NCBI GenBank assembly: GCA_963737635.1
Contig: CAVTTL010000001.1
Location: forward strand, 1,568,001-1,632,000
DNA: 64,000 nt
Source: an uncultured Methanoregulaceae archaeon
GTDB lineage: Archaea; Halobacteriota; Methanomicrobia; Methanomicrobiales; Methanospirillaceae
Reading direction: 5' to 3'
Shown: piece by piece, positions 21,018 to 33,090 of the stretch
Numbering within the stretch: the stretch's first letter is position 1
Layout of the letters: each line of letters starts with the position of its first letter
Notes under the pieces: model-generated
The model's database searches: none
What the model saw: the letters and a program-made list of their open reading frames with translations, nothing else
Told to the model about the DNA's origin: nothing
Program-made: the position numbers and the translations under genes

Positions 21018-24000
21018 ATGCCCCGGCGAAATGACATCCGGAAGGTTCTGATCATTGGCTCGGGACCGATCCAGATTGGCCAGGCAGCGGAGTTTGATTT
21101 CTCCGGCTCCCAAGCCTGCCAATCCCTCAAAGAAGAGGGCATTGAAGTGGTGCTGGTTAACTCAAACCCGGCAACGATCATGACCGATCCGGACATGGCA
21201 GACGAGATCTATATCGAGCCATTACGGGCTGATATCATTGCCCGGATCATCGAAAAAGAGCGACCGGATGGCATCCTCTCCGGCATGGGTGGCCAGACCG
21301 CTCTCAATCTTACCGCAGAGCTTGCGGAAATGGGCGCCCTTAAAGGGGTAGAAATTCTCGGCACTCCGCTCGAAGCGATCTACAAAGGTGAAGACCGGGA
21401 GAAATTCCGGGATCTTATGAATGAGATCGGCGAACCCGTTCCTATGAGCATGGTAATCAATACGCTGGGTCAGATTGATGAAGCGATTGCAAAAATCGGC
21501 CTGCCAGCAGTCGTGCGCCCCGCATACACCTTGGGGGGTGCCGGGGGAGGGATTGGCCGGACCCGGGAGGAACTGACACGGATCGTTGAACTGGGGCTCT
21601 CGCGATCCCGGATCCACCAGGTTCTCATCGAACAGAGCGTGACGGGCTGGAAGGAGCTTGAGTTCGAAGTGATGCGTGACTCTGCAGACACCTGTATTAT
21701 CGTCTGCAGTATGGAAAATGTTGATCCGATGGGTATCCACACCGGCGAGAGCGTCGTAGTTGCGCCCATCCTGACGCTGCGTGATGATGAGTTCCAGATG
21801 ATGCGCAGTGCCGCCATCCATATAATCAGGGCTCTCGATGTACAGGGCGGTTGTAATATCCAATTCGCATTCAAGAACGGTGAGTACCGGGTCATTGAAG
21901 TCAATCCCCGGGTCTCCCGGTCTTCTGCTCTAGCTTCAAAAGCTACCGGCTATCCCATTGCACGCGTCGCAGCAAAAATTGCAATTGGTTTGCGTTTAGA
22001 TGAGATCCAGAATTCGGTGACCGGGTGCACTGCGGCGTCGTTCGAACCAACCCTTGACTATATCGTGGTAAAAGTACCCCGCTGGCCGTTCGACAAGTTC
22101 AAGGGAGCAGACCGGACGCTCACCACGTCCATGAAAAGTACTGGTGAAGTGATGGCGATCGGGAGGACGCTAGAGGAGGCGTTCATGAAGGCAAAACGGT
22201 CGATCGACACCGACGTCCGCACGCATACGAGCCAGAGCGAGATCCGGATGATCCTCTCCCGCCCGACCGATGAGCGTTTCCACTGCCTTTTCGATGCATT
22301 CCGTCAGGGCTTCAGCGTTGACGAAATTTCACACCTGACTTCAATTGTGCCCTTCTTTCTCGAGAAGATTAGAAACATTGTAGATCTGGAAAAACGCCTT
22401 GCCGCAGGCAGCAAGGACGAAGATATCTTCCTTGCAAAGACTTATGGGTTCACGAACACCGAAATATCTGCACTCACCGGCAAAGGAACGGATATGATCG
22501 AAGAGCTTGTGGGAGCCCCGGTCTACAAGATGGTGGATACCTGTGCGGCGGAGTTCCCTGCCTGCACGCCCTATTTTTACTCGACATGGGAAGCCACCAG
22601 TGAGATTGTCCCGGACAAAAAGCAGAAAATACTCATACTCGGTTCGGGTCCCATAAGGATTGGTCAGGGCATCGAATTTGATTATTGCACGGTACACGCA
22701 GTAAAAGCGCTGCGGGAAGAAGGTGTCGAAGTCCATATCGTTAACAATAACCCTGAGACCGTATCCACGGACTTCGATACCTCGGATCGCCTTTTCTTTG
22801 AGCCGATGCAGCTCGAGGATGTAGCCAATATCCTCATGACCGACGAATATTATGGTGTGATGGTTCAGTTTGGCGGCCAGAACGCGGTTAATCTTGCGGT
22901 CCCTCTCGAAAAGGAGATAAAACGGCGTCATCTTCCCACAAAAATTCTTGGTACAACCCCGGATGCAATGGACATTGCCGAAGACCGTGACCGTTTCAGC
23001 ATGCTTTTAAACACGCAGAAAATTCCCAGTCCTGCAAACAGTTCTGCCTATTCAGAAGCGGAAGCAAGGGAAAAGGCCGAGAAAATCGGTTACCCGGTCC
23101 TTGTCCGTCCGTCCTATGTTCTTGGAGGGAGGGCAATGGAGATTGTCCATGACACGGTAGAACTCGAGACCTACATGAAAGAAGCCGTCCGGGTAAGCCA
23201 GCATCACCCGGTACTGATCGACTCGTACCTCAGAAATGCTGTCGAGCTCGATATCGATGCAGTATGTGATGGCGAAGAGGTGCTTATTGGAGGGATCATG
23301 GAACACATCGAGCAGGCCGGTATCCATTCAGGCGATTCTGCATGCGTCATACCTCCCCAGTCTCTCTCGCCTGATATCATTGCAACGGTCCGGGAATACA
23401 CCAAAAGAATTGCCCTCAGCCTTGGTGTTGTCGGGCTTGTCAACATTCAGATGGCAGTAAAAGACAATGTTGTTTATATCCTTGAGGCCAACCCCCGGGC
23501 GAGCCGCACGGTCCCGTTTGTCTCAAAGGCAACAGGTCTTCCCATCGCAAAGATTGCGGCCAAAGTGATGATCGGAAAGAAACTGCGGGATCTCGGGTTC
23601 CATGAAAGAAAGATCGACCATGTGGCCGTAAAGGAAGTGCTCCTGCCCTTCAACAAACTAGCTGGGGTCGACACGATCCTCGGGCCTGAGATGAAAAGTA
23701 CCGGGGAAGTGATGGGGATCGATTACGATTTCGGGCTTGCCTTTTATAAGGCGTGTATCTCGGCAGATAACGAGCTGCCTCTCGAGGGAAATGTCTTTAT
23801 CTCGGTGAATATCGGCCAGAAAGACGAGGTGATCCCTATTGCCCGGCGCTTGCGGGATCTCGGTCTTACCCTGTACGGTACAGAAGGTACTGTGGACTAC
23901 CTCCATGAGGCATGTGTGGAAGCGCACCTTGTCCGGAAAGTGCAGGAGGGTTCCCCCAATGTGCTGGATATGATGCATCATGGCGAGATACGGCTTATCA

Positions 24001-24179
24001 TAAATACGCCCCAGGACCGCCAATCCCGCCAGGACCATTACCAGATCATGCGTGCGGCGATCGATTTCAGCATTCCTTACATTACGACCCTTCAGGCAGC
24101 GCGGGCAGCGGCACTTGCTATCGATGCGATCAAACACGAAAAGATGACGCTCGAGCCAATCAGCCATTATCTCAAATAA
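21018..24179 (+). CDS. carB: Carbamoyl-phosphate synthase large subunit
   Basis: GSGPIQIGQAAEFD, duplicated ATP-grasp domains, MKSTGEVM. Confidence 0.98.
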   Translation: MPRRNDIRKVLIIGSGPIQIGQAAEFDFSGSQACQSLKEEGIEVVLVNSNPATIMTDPDMADEIYIEPLRADIIARIIEKERPDGILSGMGGQTALNLTAELAEMGALKGVEILGTPLEAIYKGEDREKFRDLMNEIGEPVPMSMVINTLGQIDEAIAKIGLPAVVRPAYTLGGAGGGIGRTREELTRIVELGLSRSRIHQVLIEQSVTGWKELEFEVMRDSADTCIIVCSMENVDPMGIHTGESVVVAPILTLRDDEFQMMRSAAIHIIRALDVQGGCNIQFAFKNGEYRVIEVNPRVSRSSALASKATGYPIARVAAKIAIGLRLDEIQNSVTGCTAASFEPTLDYIVVKVPRWPFDKFKGADRTLTTSMKSTGEVMAIGRTLEEAFMKAKRSIDTDVRTHTSQSEIRMILSRPTDERFHCLFDAFRQGFSVDEISHLTSIVPFFLEKIRNIVDLEKRLAAGSKDEDIFLAKTYGFTNTEISALTGKGTDMIEELVGAPVYKMVDTCAAEFPACTPYFYSTWEATSEIVPDKKQKILILGSGPIRIGQGIEFDYCTVHAVKALREEGVEVHIVNNNPETVSTDFDTSDRLFFEPMQLEDVANILMTDEYYGVMVQFGGQNAVNLAVPLEKEIKRRHLPTKILGTTPDAMDIAEDRDRFSMLLNTQKIPSPANSSAYSEAEAREKAEKIGYPVLVRPSYVLGGRAMEIVHDTVELETYMKEAVRVSQHHPVLIDSYLRNAVELDIDAVCDGEEVLIGGIMEHIEQAGIHSGDSACVIPPQSLSPDIIATVREYTKRIALSLGVVGLVNIQMAVKDNVVYILEANPRASRTVPFVSKATGLPIAKIAAKVMIGKKLRDLGFHERKIDHVAVKEVLLPFNKLAGVDTILGPEMKSTGEVMGIDYDFGLAFYKACISADNELPLEGNVFISVNIGQKDEVIPIARRLRDLGLTLYGTEGTVDYLHEACVEAHLVRKVQEGSPNVLDMMHHGEIRLIINTPQDRQSRQDHYQIMRAAIDFSIPYITTLQAARAAALAIDAIKHEKMTLEPISHYLK

Positions 24180-24309
24180 TTCCGGCGTGTGGGCGTGTTT
24201 CCTTTTTTTAACTGAGCGATAAGAAAAAGCGCTGGCGTTTCTGAAGAGGGGCTTAAACCCGTATTAAGATAGAATATCCTTATATACCGAGATAACAAAA
24301 AAAACATGC

Positions 24310-24822
24310 ATGAAGAAAGTATTTGTTGTTCTTGTAGTCCTGTTTATCGGGATCCTGTTTGCGGGATGCGCATCCCAGTCACCAGCACCGGTAGCCACAC
24401 CGACGCCGACTCCAGTACCCACCTCGGTGGTAACCGCCGTTCCAACCGTCATGCCGACCCCGGTTGTTACCTCTAATATGACAGCAAACATGACTGCCAA
24501 TGTAACCGCCAATATGACAGCTAATGTAACTGCCAATGTAACCGCTGTCCCAAAGGTGCAAATGATTACCTTTACCAAGAGTCTGACCATAACCCCGATC
24601 GGGACAATCTATGTGCCCGTTGGAACAACGGTTTCTTGGTGTAATAAAGATCCCTATAAGCCCCACGGCATAAAGTCCCTTACGAATGTTGCCGGTTTCA
24701 ATTTCGGGTCTGTAGTGATCCCCTATGGTAAGTCCTATAACGTAACTTTCACCCAGAAAGGAGCGTACGATTATACGACTCTATTCCAACCTCAAGTTAC
24801 CTTGAAAATCATTGTAAGCTAA
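24310..24822 (+). CDS. Lipoprotein with Pro/Thr and sequon-rich linker and a cupredoxin-like domain lacking the Cu ligands
   Basis: FAGC lipobox; GTTVSW.N.D..PH and YNVTFTQKGAYDY; the usual Cys/His/Met loop is absent. Confidence 0.65.
   Translation: MKKVFVVLVVLFIGILFAGCASQSPAPVATPTPTPVPTSVVTAVPTVMPTPVVTSNMTANMTANVTANMTANVTANVTAVPKVQMITFTKSLTITPIGTIYVPVGTTVSWCNKDPYKPHGIKSLTNVAGFNFGSVVIPYGKSYNVTFTQKGAYDYTTLFQPQVTLKIIVS
24475..24546 (+). repeat. 6 x 12-bp tandem repeat encoding N(M/V)TA
   Basis: aatatgacagca aacatgactgcc aatgtaaccgcc aatatgacagct aatgtaactgcc aatgtaaccgct. Confidence 0.9.
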
Positions 24823-24983
24823 AAGAATGATATTTCGCGTTCAGGGAATTTTCCTGAACAATCCATTTTTGTTCTTTGTTATATCCCTGCCTGTTTTATG
24901 CTGGATTATCCGGTCATCGTGATCATCCCAAATATATGGTGAGACATCTAACCTGATACTCTGACAAAACGGAAGTATCCATC

Positions 24984-26192
24984 ATGGGAAAAGGTACTGT
25001 CGTACTCGCATATTCCGGGGGGCTTGACACCTCCATTTGTATCCCCCTGCTAAAGGAACGGTATGCCTACAACCGCGTAGTTACGGTCGTCGTCAATGTC
25101 GGCCAGAGGGACGAGGAGATTGAGGAAGCCACAAAAAAAGGCCAAAATCTCGCTGATCGCCATTATACTATCGATGTGCGGGAGAGATTTGTTGCCGAGC
25201 ATATCCTTCCTGCGATCAAAGCAAACGGATCCTACGAGGGCTATCCTATGGGAACCTCGCTCGCCCGGCCCCTGATTGCAGAAGAGGTGGTCAGGATTGC
25301 CAGAAAAGAAAAGGCCACTGCTGTAGCCCATGGCTGTACAGGAAAAGGAAACGATCAGCTCCGGTTTGATTTTATTATCCGCTCAGCCGGCCTCGATGTC
25401 GTTGCCCCTATCCGTGAGCATAACCTCACCCGTGACTGGGAGATTGAATACGCAAAAGAACACCGTATTCCGGTGCCCGTTAAAAAAGGAAAGCCATGGA
25501 GCGTTGACGAGAATTGCTGGAGCCGAAGTATAGAAGGCGGCCGACTTGAAGATCCGGCTTTCTATCCACCTGAGGAGATCTATGTCTGGACTATTTCTCC
25601 TGAAAAAGCCCCGGTAAAACCGGAGAAAATCACCCTGACGTTTTCCCGCGGGGTACCGGTTGCCTTAAACGGGAAAAAACTCTCCAGCTACAACCTGATC
25701 CAGAGACTGAATGCCCTTGCCGGAAAGCACGGAATCGGCAGAAATGACATGATCGAGGATCGTATCCTAGGTCTCAAGGCCCGGGAGAACTATGAGCACC
25801 CGGCTGCAACGGTAATTCTTGCCGCACACCGGGATCTCGAGAGTCTTGTCCTTACCCGGCAGGAGCTTGCATTCAAGCGGATTGTCGACGATAAGTGGTC
25901 AGAACTGGCATATATGGGGCTCGTCTACGAACCACTCTATACGGCACTAAATGCGTTTATCGATACCACTCAGGAAAGGGTAAATGGCCGGGTCGATCTT
26001 GAACTCTTCAAGGGAAGTGTCCGGGTCCTTGGCCGCAGCTCCCCTCAGGCAATATACTCCGGGGATCTTGTCTCTTTCGACAGTGCCTCCATCGACCAGT
26101 GCCATGCAATCGGTGTCTCCCAGTACTTCGGGATGCAGGCGCGTCTGGTTCATGCCATGAATGAGAAGACTAAGAAGAACGCCCGCAAATAA
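24984..26192 (+). CDS. argG: Argininosuccinate synthase
   Basis: [23 protein letters not shown]. Confidence 0.97.
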   Translation: MGKGTVVLAYSGGLDTSICIPLLKERYAYNRVVTVVVNVGQRDEEIEEATKKGQNLADRHYTIDVRERFVAEHILPAIKANGSYEGYPMGTSLARPLIAEEVVRIARKEKATAVAHGCTGKGNDQLRFDFIIRSAGLDVVAPIREHNLTRDWEIEYAKEHRIPVPVKKGKPWSVDENCWSRSIEGGRLEDPAFYPPEEIYVWTISPEKAPVKPEKITLTFSRGVPVALNGKKLSSYNLIQRLNALAGKHGIGRNDMIEDRILGLKARENYEHPAATVILAAHRDLESLVLTRQELAFKRIVDDKWSELAYMGLVYEPLYTALNAFIDTTQERVNGRVDLELFKGSVRVLGRSSPQAIYSGDLVSFDSASIDQCHAIGVSQYFGMQARLVHAMNEKTKKNARK

Positions 26193-26320
26193 TACCGTCC
26201 CGGTCCTGACCAGGCCCTCTCCCCTTTTATCAACCACTTCCTCGCGGTATCCGGGTTTATGCTGCTCCTCATCTGCATAAAAAAGAAACATATATCCTGT
26301 AACAACCAAATCGTTAGAAT

Positions 26321-27819
26321 ATGTGCGCCAGTTTTTTAAACCGGTGGGGAAAACCGCGACCCCATATCGTTGAAAGCCCTCCACCACCCTCAATTGCGCA
26401 CGGTGCGGGAATGCAGATCCCTGAATACAAGAACCAGCCCTATTTTATCGTTGCTTCCGTTGAGATGGGTAATACAACTACCAAGTGTATCCTTACCGGT
26501 GTGAGCCTAGAAACCGGTAAATCGTACGTTATCAACAAGACGGTGAGCATGAGCCGGGATATACGTCCGCCAAAGCCCGGGGAGGAAGTCTTCGGTGAGA
26601 CACTTGACGGGACAAAACTCTCGCGACTGGCAGTCACCGAGCTGGTGCGGGATACCTTAATCCAGTGCCACCAAGAGGCACGCCTTGACATCAAGACAGA
26701 TCTCGATTTTGTCGTCAGAAGCACCGGTGTGGTGGCAGAGATGGAATCCCCGGATCAGATCGGGGATTTTGTTATCGCCCTCGCAAACGGCTGCCTGATC
26801 GCTGGTGTCCCTCCCAAAAAGATGACACCGCCCATGACCAAAGCAAACCAGGCCGAAAAACTCCAGCCGTTCAGCTTCGCCGACAAAGTTGTTTTTATTG
26901 GAGCAGTTGCCGGGGTGATCCCACCGGTGGGTTCAACCGGGGTCGAGATGGTTGCAAACGAGATGGAGGGTGAACTTGCGATGGCCGGGATCAAGGAAGG
27001 CGCAAAGTGGACGCCAGTCGATTTCCGGAATCCCTGTGTATCAGTGGATTTCGGGACGACGCTTGACGGGAGGATCACCAGTGACGTTAAGCCGGATGAT
27101 CCAAACCCGTTTGCAAAGACCATCGGCAATTTCTGCGGTCTTGCCGGGGCAATTCCTGACGCGATCGTCCGGGTACCGGTCTTGTCCAGGCGCGGACCGG
27201 CACCGCTCTTGACATCTTTGGCGAGCACAGTGTTGCCGGCGGATTTTTCTCCGGGAGTAACCGAAAGGTTGTAGAGGATTTAGTCAACAGGTGCCACGAA
27301 CATATTGATATCAGGATTGTACCACCGGACCGGGACCGGTTTGGGCGTGTGCCGGTCAATGCGAAGCTGGCAAAAGAGTCCAAGGTAGCGATGATTGGAT
27401 GTGACTGTGGGAGCAATAGCAGCGATCTCGACAAGCTGATCGAGATCGGTGCAGAAATCCATAAAAAATACAATCTTTCAGTTCTCAATGATGTGGTCGA
27501 CAGGGTTTGTGCGAGAATGGCCCTGAGGCTTATCGATGTTGCCGTTGAAGAACATCTGGTCCCAAGAAACGCCTCGATCGGTTTTACCGGCAGGGCGGCG
27601 ATCTCCGGACGAAAACCCGAGTATATCCTGGAAGGAATTATAGAGCGCAACCTCTTTGACGACCCAAATGACCATCTCGTCTTCGTCGATGACGGCCTTG
27701 CCCGGGGGGCAGCTCTGATGGGGCGGTGTATGAACTCGCTTGGAAAACCCAAAAATCCCATTGGGGGGGTAAGGGGCGGGCCCTGTATTATGAGCCGGAG
27801 AATCAAAATCGGTAAGTAA
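26321..27819 (+). CDS. Methanogenesis marker protein 14; frameshift near 27170
   Basis: VASVEMGNTTTKC, DFGTTLDGRI, DDGLARGAALMGRCMNSLG spread over two ORFs. Confidence 0.85.
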
Positions 27820-27832
27820 GGATAGATCCATT

Positions 27833-28108
27833 ATGTCAGACCAACCAGTAACCGATCAGAATCGTGAAAGCCAGAATCCCGAAGAATCGCTCTGTGATGT
27901 CCTGATTCCCCCGGGGGTCCCGCGCTCCATTATCCTGGATATAGCAAAAAAGTTTGACGTCGAGGTTGTAGAACGCAAACAGAAACTATATTTTGCCAAT
28001 ATGGAAGGGGATGAGAGAGAACTTCTTGCGTTCCGTGGCAGGCGCGATGTGGCAGAACAGGTTGAAAAGTATATGATCGATGAGGTTCGCAAGTTTATCG
28101 GGGAATAA
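27833..28108 (+). CDS. Small hypothetical protein
   Basis: Directly downstream of marker 14; IPPGVP motif; normal codon usage. Confidence 0.7.
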   Translation: MSDQPVTDQNRESQNPEESLCDVLIPPGVPRSIILDIAKKFDVEVVERKQKLYFANMEGDERELLAFRGRRDVAEQVEKYMIDEVRKFIGE

Positions 28109-28134
28109 GAGCGTTTCTCTGTCGATATCCGACC

Positions 28135-29046
28135 CTATTTTTTAAGGAGTTTTACCAGTAATGCTTTTTGGGCATGGAGCCGGTTTTCGGCCTCGTCCCA
28201 CACAAGGCTTTGCGGGCCGTCAAGTACGTCCCCGGTAATTTCCTCGCCCCGGTGGGCGGGCAGGCAATGGAGCACCCGGACGTCCGGAGCGGCATGTCGA
28301 AGTAACGAATCGTTTACCGTAAACGTGTGGAACGCAGCAAGCCTTTTTTCCCGCTCTTTCTCATCGCCCATCGAGACCCACGTGTCGGTGACAATCACAT
28401 GCGCATCCTTCACTGCCTCTGCCGGAGATGAAGTCATCTTAACGTTCCCTCCAAGTTTACGTGCGCGGTCGAGGATCTCCGGTGCCACCTCATATCCTTT
28501 CGGGCTTGCCACCGTAACAGCCATACCGGTGAGAGCAGATGAGAGGACAAGAGATCTGCAGACGTTATTTCCGTCTCCTACCCACGCGACGCCGAGATCC
28601 CTGACATCCCCAAAATGCTCGCGTATGGTCAGGATATCCGCAAGGAGCTGGCAGGGATGTTCGCGATCGGAGAGCCCGTTGATGACCGGTATCGTGGCAT
28701 GCTCCGCCAGTTCTTCAATTGTACAGTGGCGGTACGCACGGATCATCACCGCAGATACATAGCGGGACGCGACCCGTGCAGTGTCGCGGATCTCCTCTCC
28801 CCTCCCTATCTGGAGATCCTTTGCGTTTAAAAAGAGCGCATGGCCGCCGAGTTCGTGCATGCCCACCTCAAACGAGATATGTGTCCGGGTAGAGGACTTT
28901 TCGAAGATCATGGCAAGTGACATGCCCCGGAGTAACTCATGGGGCACCCCCGCCCTCTTCTGGCGTTTGAGGCGCTCTGCGTCGGAAAGGATCTCGCCGA
29001 GCTCTGTTTTGGTGATGTCCAGAATGGAAAGAAAATCTTTCTTCAT
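28135..29046 (-). CDS. argF: Ornithine carbamoyltransferase
   Basis: SSTRT, HPCQ, HCLP. Confidence 0.97.
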   Translation of the reverse strand: MKKDFLSILDITKTELGEILSDAERLKRQKRAGVPHELLRGMSLAMIFEKSSTRTHISFEVGMHELGGHALFLNAKDLQIGRGEEIRDTARVASRYVSAVMIRAYRHCTIEELAEHATIPVINGLSDREHPCQLLADILTIREHFGDVRDLGVAWVGDGNNVCRSLVLSSALTGMAVTVASPKGYEVAPEILDRARKLGGNVKMTSSPAEAVKDAHVIVTDTWVSMGDEKEREKRLAAFHTFTVNDSLLRHAAPDVRVLHCLPAHRGEEITGDVLDGPQSLVWDEAENRLHAQKALLVKLLKK

Positions 29047-30329
29047 CGCAGTTCCTTCATGTGGGCGATCCGCCGATCGAGCAGCGCCTGTGTCCCGATG
29101 TCGCTCCGGTGGTAGACATTTCCCTTCACTGCCGATGCGGCCTGCTCTGCAATGAGTTCTGCCGTTGCAAGGGTATCTGCTTTTCCCACAAAAGCAAGTG
29201 TCCGCGAGGTGAGGGTAAAGAGCCTGCCGTCCCGCTCCTCGACGTTTGCATAATAGAGGATCGCGTCGCCTTCCTTACCGGTGACCAGTGGTTTGCCGGT
29301 AAGTGGCGCTGCCGGATATCCCTCAGGCACAAGGTACTTGCACACGGTTGCCGCGCACTCAAATGCCACCTTGGATGCCGAAAGAGTACCCTCCGTAATT
29401 CCGGTAACCACATCAGTAAAATCGGAAGAGAGGAGCGTAAGCACATTCATCGCTTCAGGATCCCCAAACCGGGCATTGAATTCTATCACTTTGGGACCCT
29501 CAGCAGTATTCATGAACTGGCCGTACAGGACCCCTTTGTAAGGAAACCCCTCTTGTGCCATTGCAGCGACTACTGAGGCCATGATTGTAAGAGCGGCGGT
29601 GTGATCTTTCCCACTCACGAAAGGGAGCATATGGTCCGGCATCGTGTACGAACCCATCCCGCCGGTGTTTGGCCCGGTGTCTCCTTCAAATGCTCTTTTG
29701 TGATCCTGCACGAGCGGCATAGGGACGATATGGAAACCGTCGACAAATGCCTGAAGCGTGAATTCTTCACCTTTCAACCGTTCTTCGAGAACAACTCCGC
29801 CGTCAATCTCCTTAATATATGCTATGGCCCCGGCACGGTCCACCTGTTCTCCCATGATCCGGACGCCTTTCCCTCCGGTCAGGCCGATCGGCTTAACGGC
29901 CAGATCGCCGTCATGATCCTTGACAAACGCGATTGCTCCTGACGTATCATTGAAGACCCGGTAGGTGGGGTTCCCTCCTATATTATGATGCGTCATAAGG
30001 TTCCGGCAGAACGCCTTATCTGTTTCAATGCGGGCGGCCATCTTTGTCGGGCCCACGCATTCCACTCCCGAGGCAGAAAGTCGGTCAACCACACCGGCCT
30101 CGAGAGGTGCTTCGGGGCCTATAAATGCATGAGTGACGCCGGTCTCCCCGGCAAACGCCGAAATCCGGGCCAGATCCGTTTCCGGCGCAAGGCAGATCTT
30201 CCGGGAGATGCGGGCAATGCCGGGGTTCTTTCGTGACATTACAGAATAGATCTCATTCTCGCCGGTGCGGGAAAGTGCAGACGCGATCGCATGTTCCCGT
30301 CCTCCGCCACCGATAACGAGAATCTTCAT
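29043..30329 (-). CDS. purD: Phosphoribosylamine-glycine ligase
   Basis: [26 protein letters not shown]. Confidence 0.97.
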   Translation of the reverse strand: MKILVIGGGGREHAIASALSRTGENEIYSVMSRKNPGIARISRKICLAPETDLARISAFAGETGVTHAFIGPEAPLEAGVVDRLSASGVECVGPTKMAARIETDKAFCRNLMTHHNIGGNPTYRVFNDTSGAIAFVKDHDGDLAVKPIGLTGGKGVRIMGEQVDRAGAIAYIKEIDGGVVLEERLKGEEFTLQAFVDGFHIVPMPLVQDHKRAFEGDTGPNTGGMGSYTMPDHMLPFVSGKDHTAALTIMASVVAAMAQEGFPYKGVLYGQFMNTAEGPKVIEFNARFGDPEAMNVLTLLSSDFTDVVTGITEGTLSASKVAFECAATVCKYLVPEGYPAAPLTGKPLVTGKEGDAILYYANVEERDGRLFTLTSRTLAFVGKADTLATAELIAEQAASAVKGNVYHRSDIGTQALLDRRIAHMKELR

Positions 30330-30385
30330 GATCCATCACATGGGTTCTTTTGTTAAAAATGGTTTATGTTTGGTGTGCGCTTTCT

Positions 30386-30889
30386 TCAGAGGATCTCGCT
30401 GACCTTCACAAGCGGAAAGAGATCGATCGCATGCTCTTTTAAAGCTGCTGCTGCGCCCTGCTCACGGTCGACAACAGTGACAACCCGGTCAGCGTGCGCA
30501 CCGGCGTCCCGGAGCACTGAAATACCATATAATGCCGATCCCCCGGATGTAGTGACATCTTCGACAAGGAGGACCACCTTTTCTTTGACCTCGCCGATGA
30601 TCAGATTTTTCTTGCCGTGGTCTTTCTCTTCTGACCGGATAATAGCAAAGGGTTTTTTCGCAGCGAGCGCGGTTGCGACTGCCAGCGGTACTCCTCCGAC
30701 GGCCACACCTGCCACCACATCAAATTCGTATCGTTCTGCGATCTCGTGTGCTATCGCCGAGAGGAATTCGGGGTGCGTTACCGCCGTTTTTACATCGACA
30801 TAATACCGGCTTTTTGCACCAGACGATAAGGTAAAGTCGCCAAATTCGATGGCTTTGTGCCTGATAAGAAGATCTGCGAGCGCATTCAC
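30386..30889 (-). CDS. pyrE: Orotate phosphoribosyltransferase
   Basis: FTLSSG, VEDVTTSGGS PRPP-binding motif. Confidence 0.95.
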   Translation of the reverse strand: MNALADLLIRHKAIEFGDFTLSSGAKSRYYVDVKTAVTHPEFLSAIAHEIAERYEFDVVAGVAVGGVPLAVATALAAKKPFAIIRSEEKDHGKKNLIIGEVKEKVVLLVEDVTTSGGSALYGISVLRDAGAHADRVVTVVDREQGAAAALKEHAIDLFPLVKVSEIL

Positions 30890-30895
30890 GGAAAT

Positions 30896-31513
30896 TCACC
30901 AAGGCTCTTTCTTAACCCGGATCTGGAACCCGATAATATTGACCACACGATGAAGGATGGGTGTCAGGACCAGAATAACCACCAGGATTGGCAGCGTTAT
31001 GTTTGTAAGGAGCCATGACGGATCAAAGACAGCTATTAGGATAAAGGCGCCAACGACCAGATCATACTGATCTGCAACCGGCCACGACGCCCCTCGATCT
31101 TTCCCCAGCCGCCTCTTGATAAAACTCTTTCCCATATCGCCGAGGAGTGCCCCAAATGCCAGGATCACAATGGAAGCTCCCGTCTGTTGTGGGAGAAACG
31201 TCCACCCATACGTGATGGTAAGCCAGATCTGCGCTGCCCCGGCGGCGATACCGGCACATACTCCGCATACGAGACCACGGTACGTTTTGCCGTCGCCAAG
31301 GATCCTGCGGCCGTCAGAGTACGTTTTGTTAAGATCTATAGGCATCCCGCCGCCACAGAGCGCTGCGACAGGATTTGGGACATAGGCAGGGACCATGATC
31401 CAGAACGCGGAAAGTAGTATCGAAAGCAACGTTATTATGAATGACTCAGCACTAATAATGTAGCACTCCAATACCTCTAATAAAGAGCAGACAAAAAGAT
31501 TAAGGTTACTCAA
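30896..31513 (-). CDS. carS: CDP-archaeol synthase; true start probably downstream of the ORF start
   Basis: PAYVPN, GDGKT, GDMGKSFIKRRLG, DQYD, KEPW. Confidence 0.9.
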   Translation of the reverse strand: MSNLNLFVCSLLEVLECYIISAESFIITLLSILLSAFWIMVPAYVPNPVAALCGGGMPIDLNKTYSDGRRILGDGKTYRGLVCGVCAGIAAGAAQIWLTITYGWTFLPQQTGASIVILAFGALLGDMGKSFIKRRLGKDRGASWPVADQYDLVVGAFILIAVFDPSWLLTNITLPILVVILVLTPILHRVVNIIGFQIRVKKEPW

Positions 31514-31555
31514 AATGCCAAAGATTGTCGTGTCCTTGGTGCATCGGGTGAATAT

Positions 31556-33019
31556 ATGGTGATCAAAAAAACACGCAGCCTTTGCCCCGTCTGTGGGTCA
31601 GTTCTCGAAGCGGAGATTGTCGAGGAAGAGGGGAAGATCTGGCTTGTGCGGACATGCCCCGAGCACGGGCGTTTCCGGCATATTTATTGGTCGGATCCGG
31701 AGATGTACCACCGGTTCGAACGCTATGATGCGATTGGTCGTGGTGTGACAAATCCCCAGAATCCTGTAACGTCAGATACCTGTCCGACTGCCTGTGGTCT
31801 CTGCAGTAACCACCACTCGGGAACGCTGCTTGCAAATATCGACCTGACCAACCGGTGCAATCTCGACTGCGATTTCTGTTTTGCCAATGCCCGCGCATGC
31901 GGGTTCGTATACGAACCCACGTTCGACGAGATTGTTAACATGATGCAGGTGCTCCGGAACGAAAAGCCGGTTCCGGCACCTGCCGTGCAGTTCTCCGGGG
32001 GAGAACCTACCATGCGGGACGACCTTGTCGCGCTCGTCAAAAAGGCAAAAGAAGTGGGATTCCCCCAGGTCCAGATCGCAACAAACGGCGTTAGACTAGC
32101 AAATAACCTGACCCTTGCCCAAGAACTCAAGGACGCCGGTCTTTCGACAGTCTATCTCCACTTTGACGGTGTTACACCTGCAACCAATCCCTTTTTGAAG
32201 ATTCACTTAAAAGCACTGGAAAACCTTGGCAAAGCCGGTCTTGGTGTGGTACTGGTGCCGACCATCATCAACGGCAGGAATAATAACGAAGTCGGCGAAA
32301 TCCTGAAATTTGCCGCAGATCACATCTCGACGGTACGAGGCGTGAATTTCCAGCCGGTGGCATTTACCGGTGCAGCCAAGGATGAAGATATTGAAAAGGA
32401 GCGCATTACGATCCCGGAGCTTCTTGAGGACATCGAGACACAGACCGGCGGCGTCCTGAAGAAGACCGATTTTTACCCGGTACCCTGTGTGCTTCCTTTT
32501 TCGGATCTGGTTGAGGCTTACACCGGACGCCCTCAGGTGCGGTTCACCGCTCACCAGCACTGCGGTGCCGCGACCTATGTCTTTGTCACCAAGGAGGGTA
32601 TGGTACCGGTGACCCGGATGGTAGATGTAGAGAGCCTCTTTGCGGCAATAGACCAGATGGCAAACAAACTCAAGAAGGGCGGGACTATCAACAAGTATGC
32701 CACTCTTCTCGAAGGCGTAAAGGAGCTTCATGCCTCGTTCAAGAAAGGCGATAAGGGGAGCACGGCGGAGTTCTGGAAATTGATCGGAAAAACGCTTATC
32801 AGCCAGAACTTCGACGCCTTACGGGAATTCCACTGGAACGCGCTTTTCATCGGAACAATGCATTTCATGGACAAGTATAATTACGATATTGAGCGTGTCC
32901 AGAGGTGCTGCATTCATTACGCGACACCGGATGGCAGACTAATTCCGTTCTGTACCTACAACAGCGGTCCGGTCTACCGCGAGCAGGTCTGGAAAAAATA
33001 TGCAGAAGAGCACCAGTAA
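31556..33019 (+). CDS. tes: Tetraether lipid synthase (radical SAM)
   Basis: N-terminal CPVC...CPEHG, CNLDCDFC, C-terminal RCCIHY...PFCTYN. Confidence 0.85.
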   Translation: MVIKKTRSLCPVCGSVLEAEIVEEEGKIWLVRTCPEHGRFRHIYWSDPEMYHRFERYDAIGRGVTNPQNPVTSDTCPTACGLCSNHHSGTLLANIDLTNRCNLDCDFCFANARACGFVYEPTFDEIVNMMQVLRNEKPVPAPAVQFSGGEPTMRDDLVALVKKAKEVGFPQVQIATNGVRLANNLTLAQELKDAGLSTVYLHFDGVTPATNPFLKIHLKALENLGKAGLGVVLVPTIINGRNNNEVGEILKFAADHISTVRGVNFQPVAFTGAAKDEDIEKERITIPELLEDIETQTGGVLKKTDFYPVPCVLPFSDLVEAYTGRPQVRFTAHQHCGAATYVFVTKEGMVPVTRMVDVESLFAAIDQMANKLKKGGTINKYATLLEGVKELHASFKKGDKGSTAEFWKLIGKTLISQNFDALREFHWNALFIGTMHFMDKYNYDIERVQRCCIHYATPDGRLIPFCTYNSGPVYREQVWKKYAEEHQ

Positions 33020-33090
33020 TTTTTTTAAGGGTATTTTGACCTGCTGGGTCCGGGGCGGATCACTTCCGCCATCATAAAAGAATGCGATTC

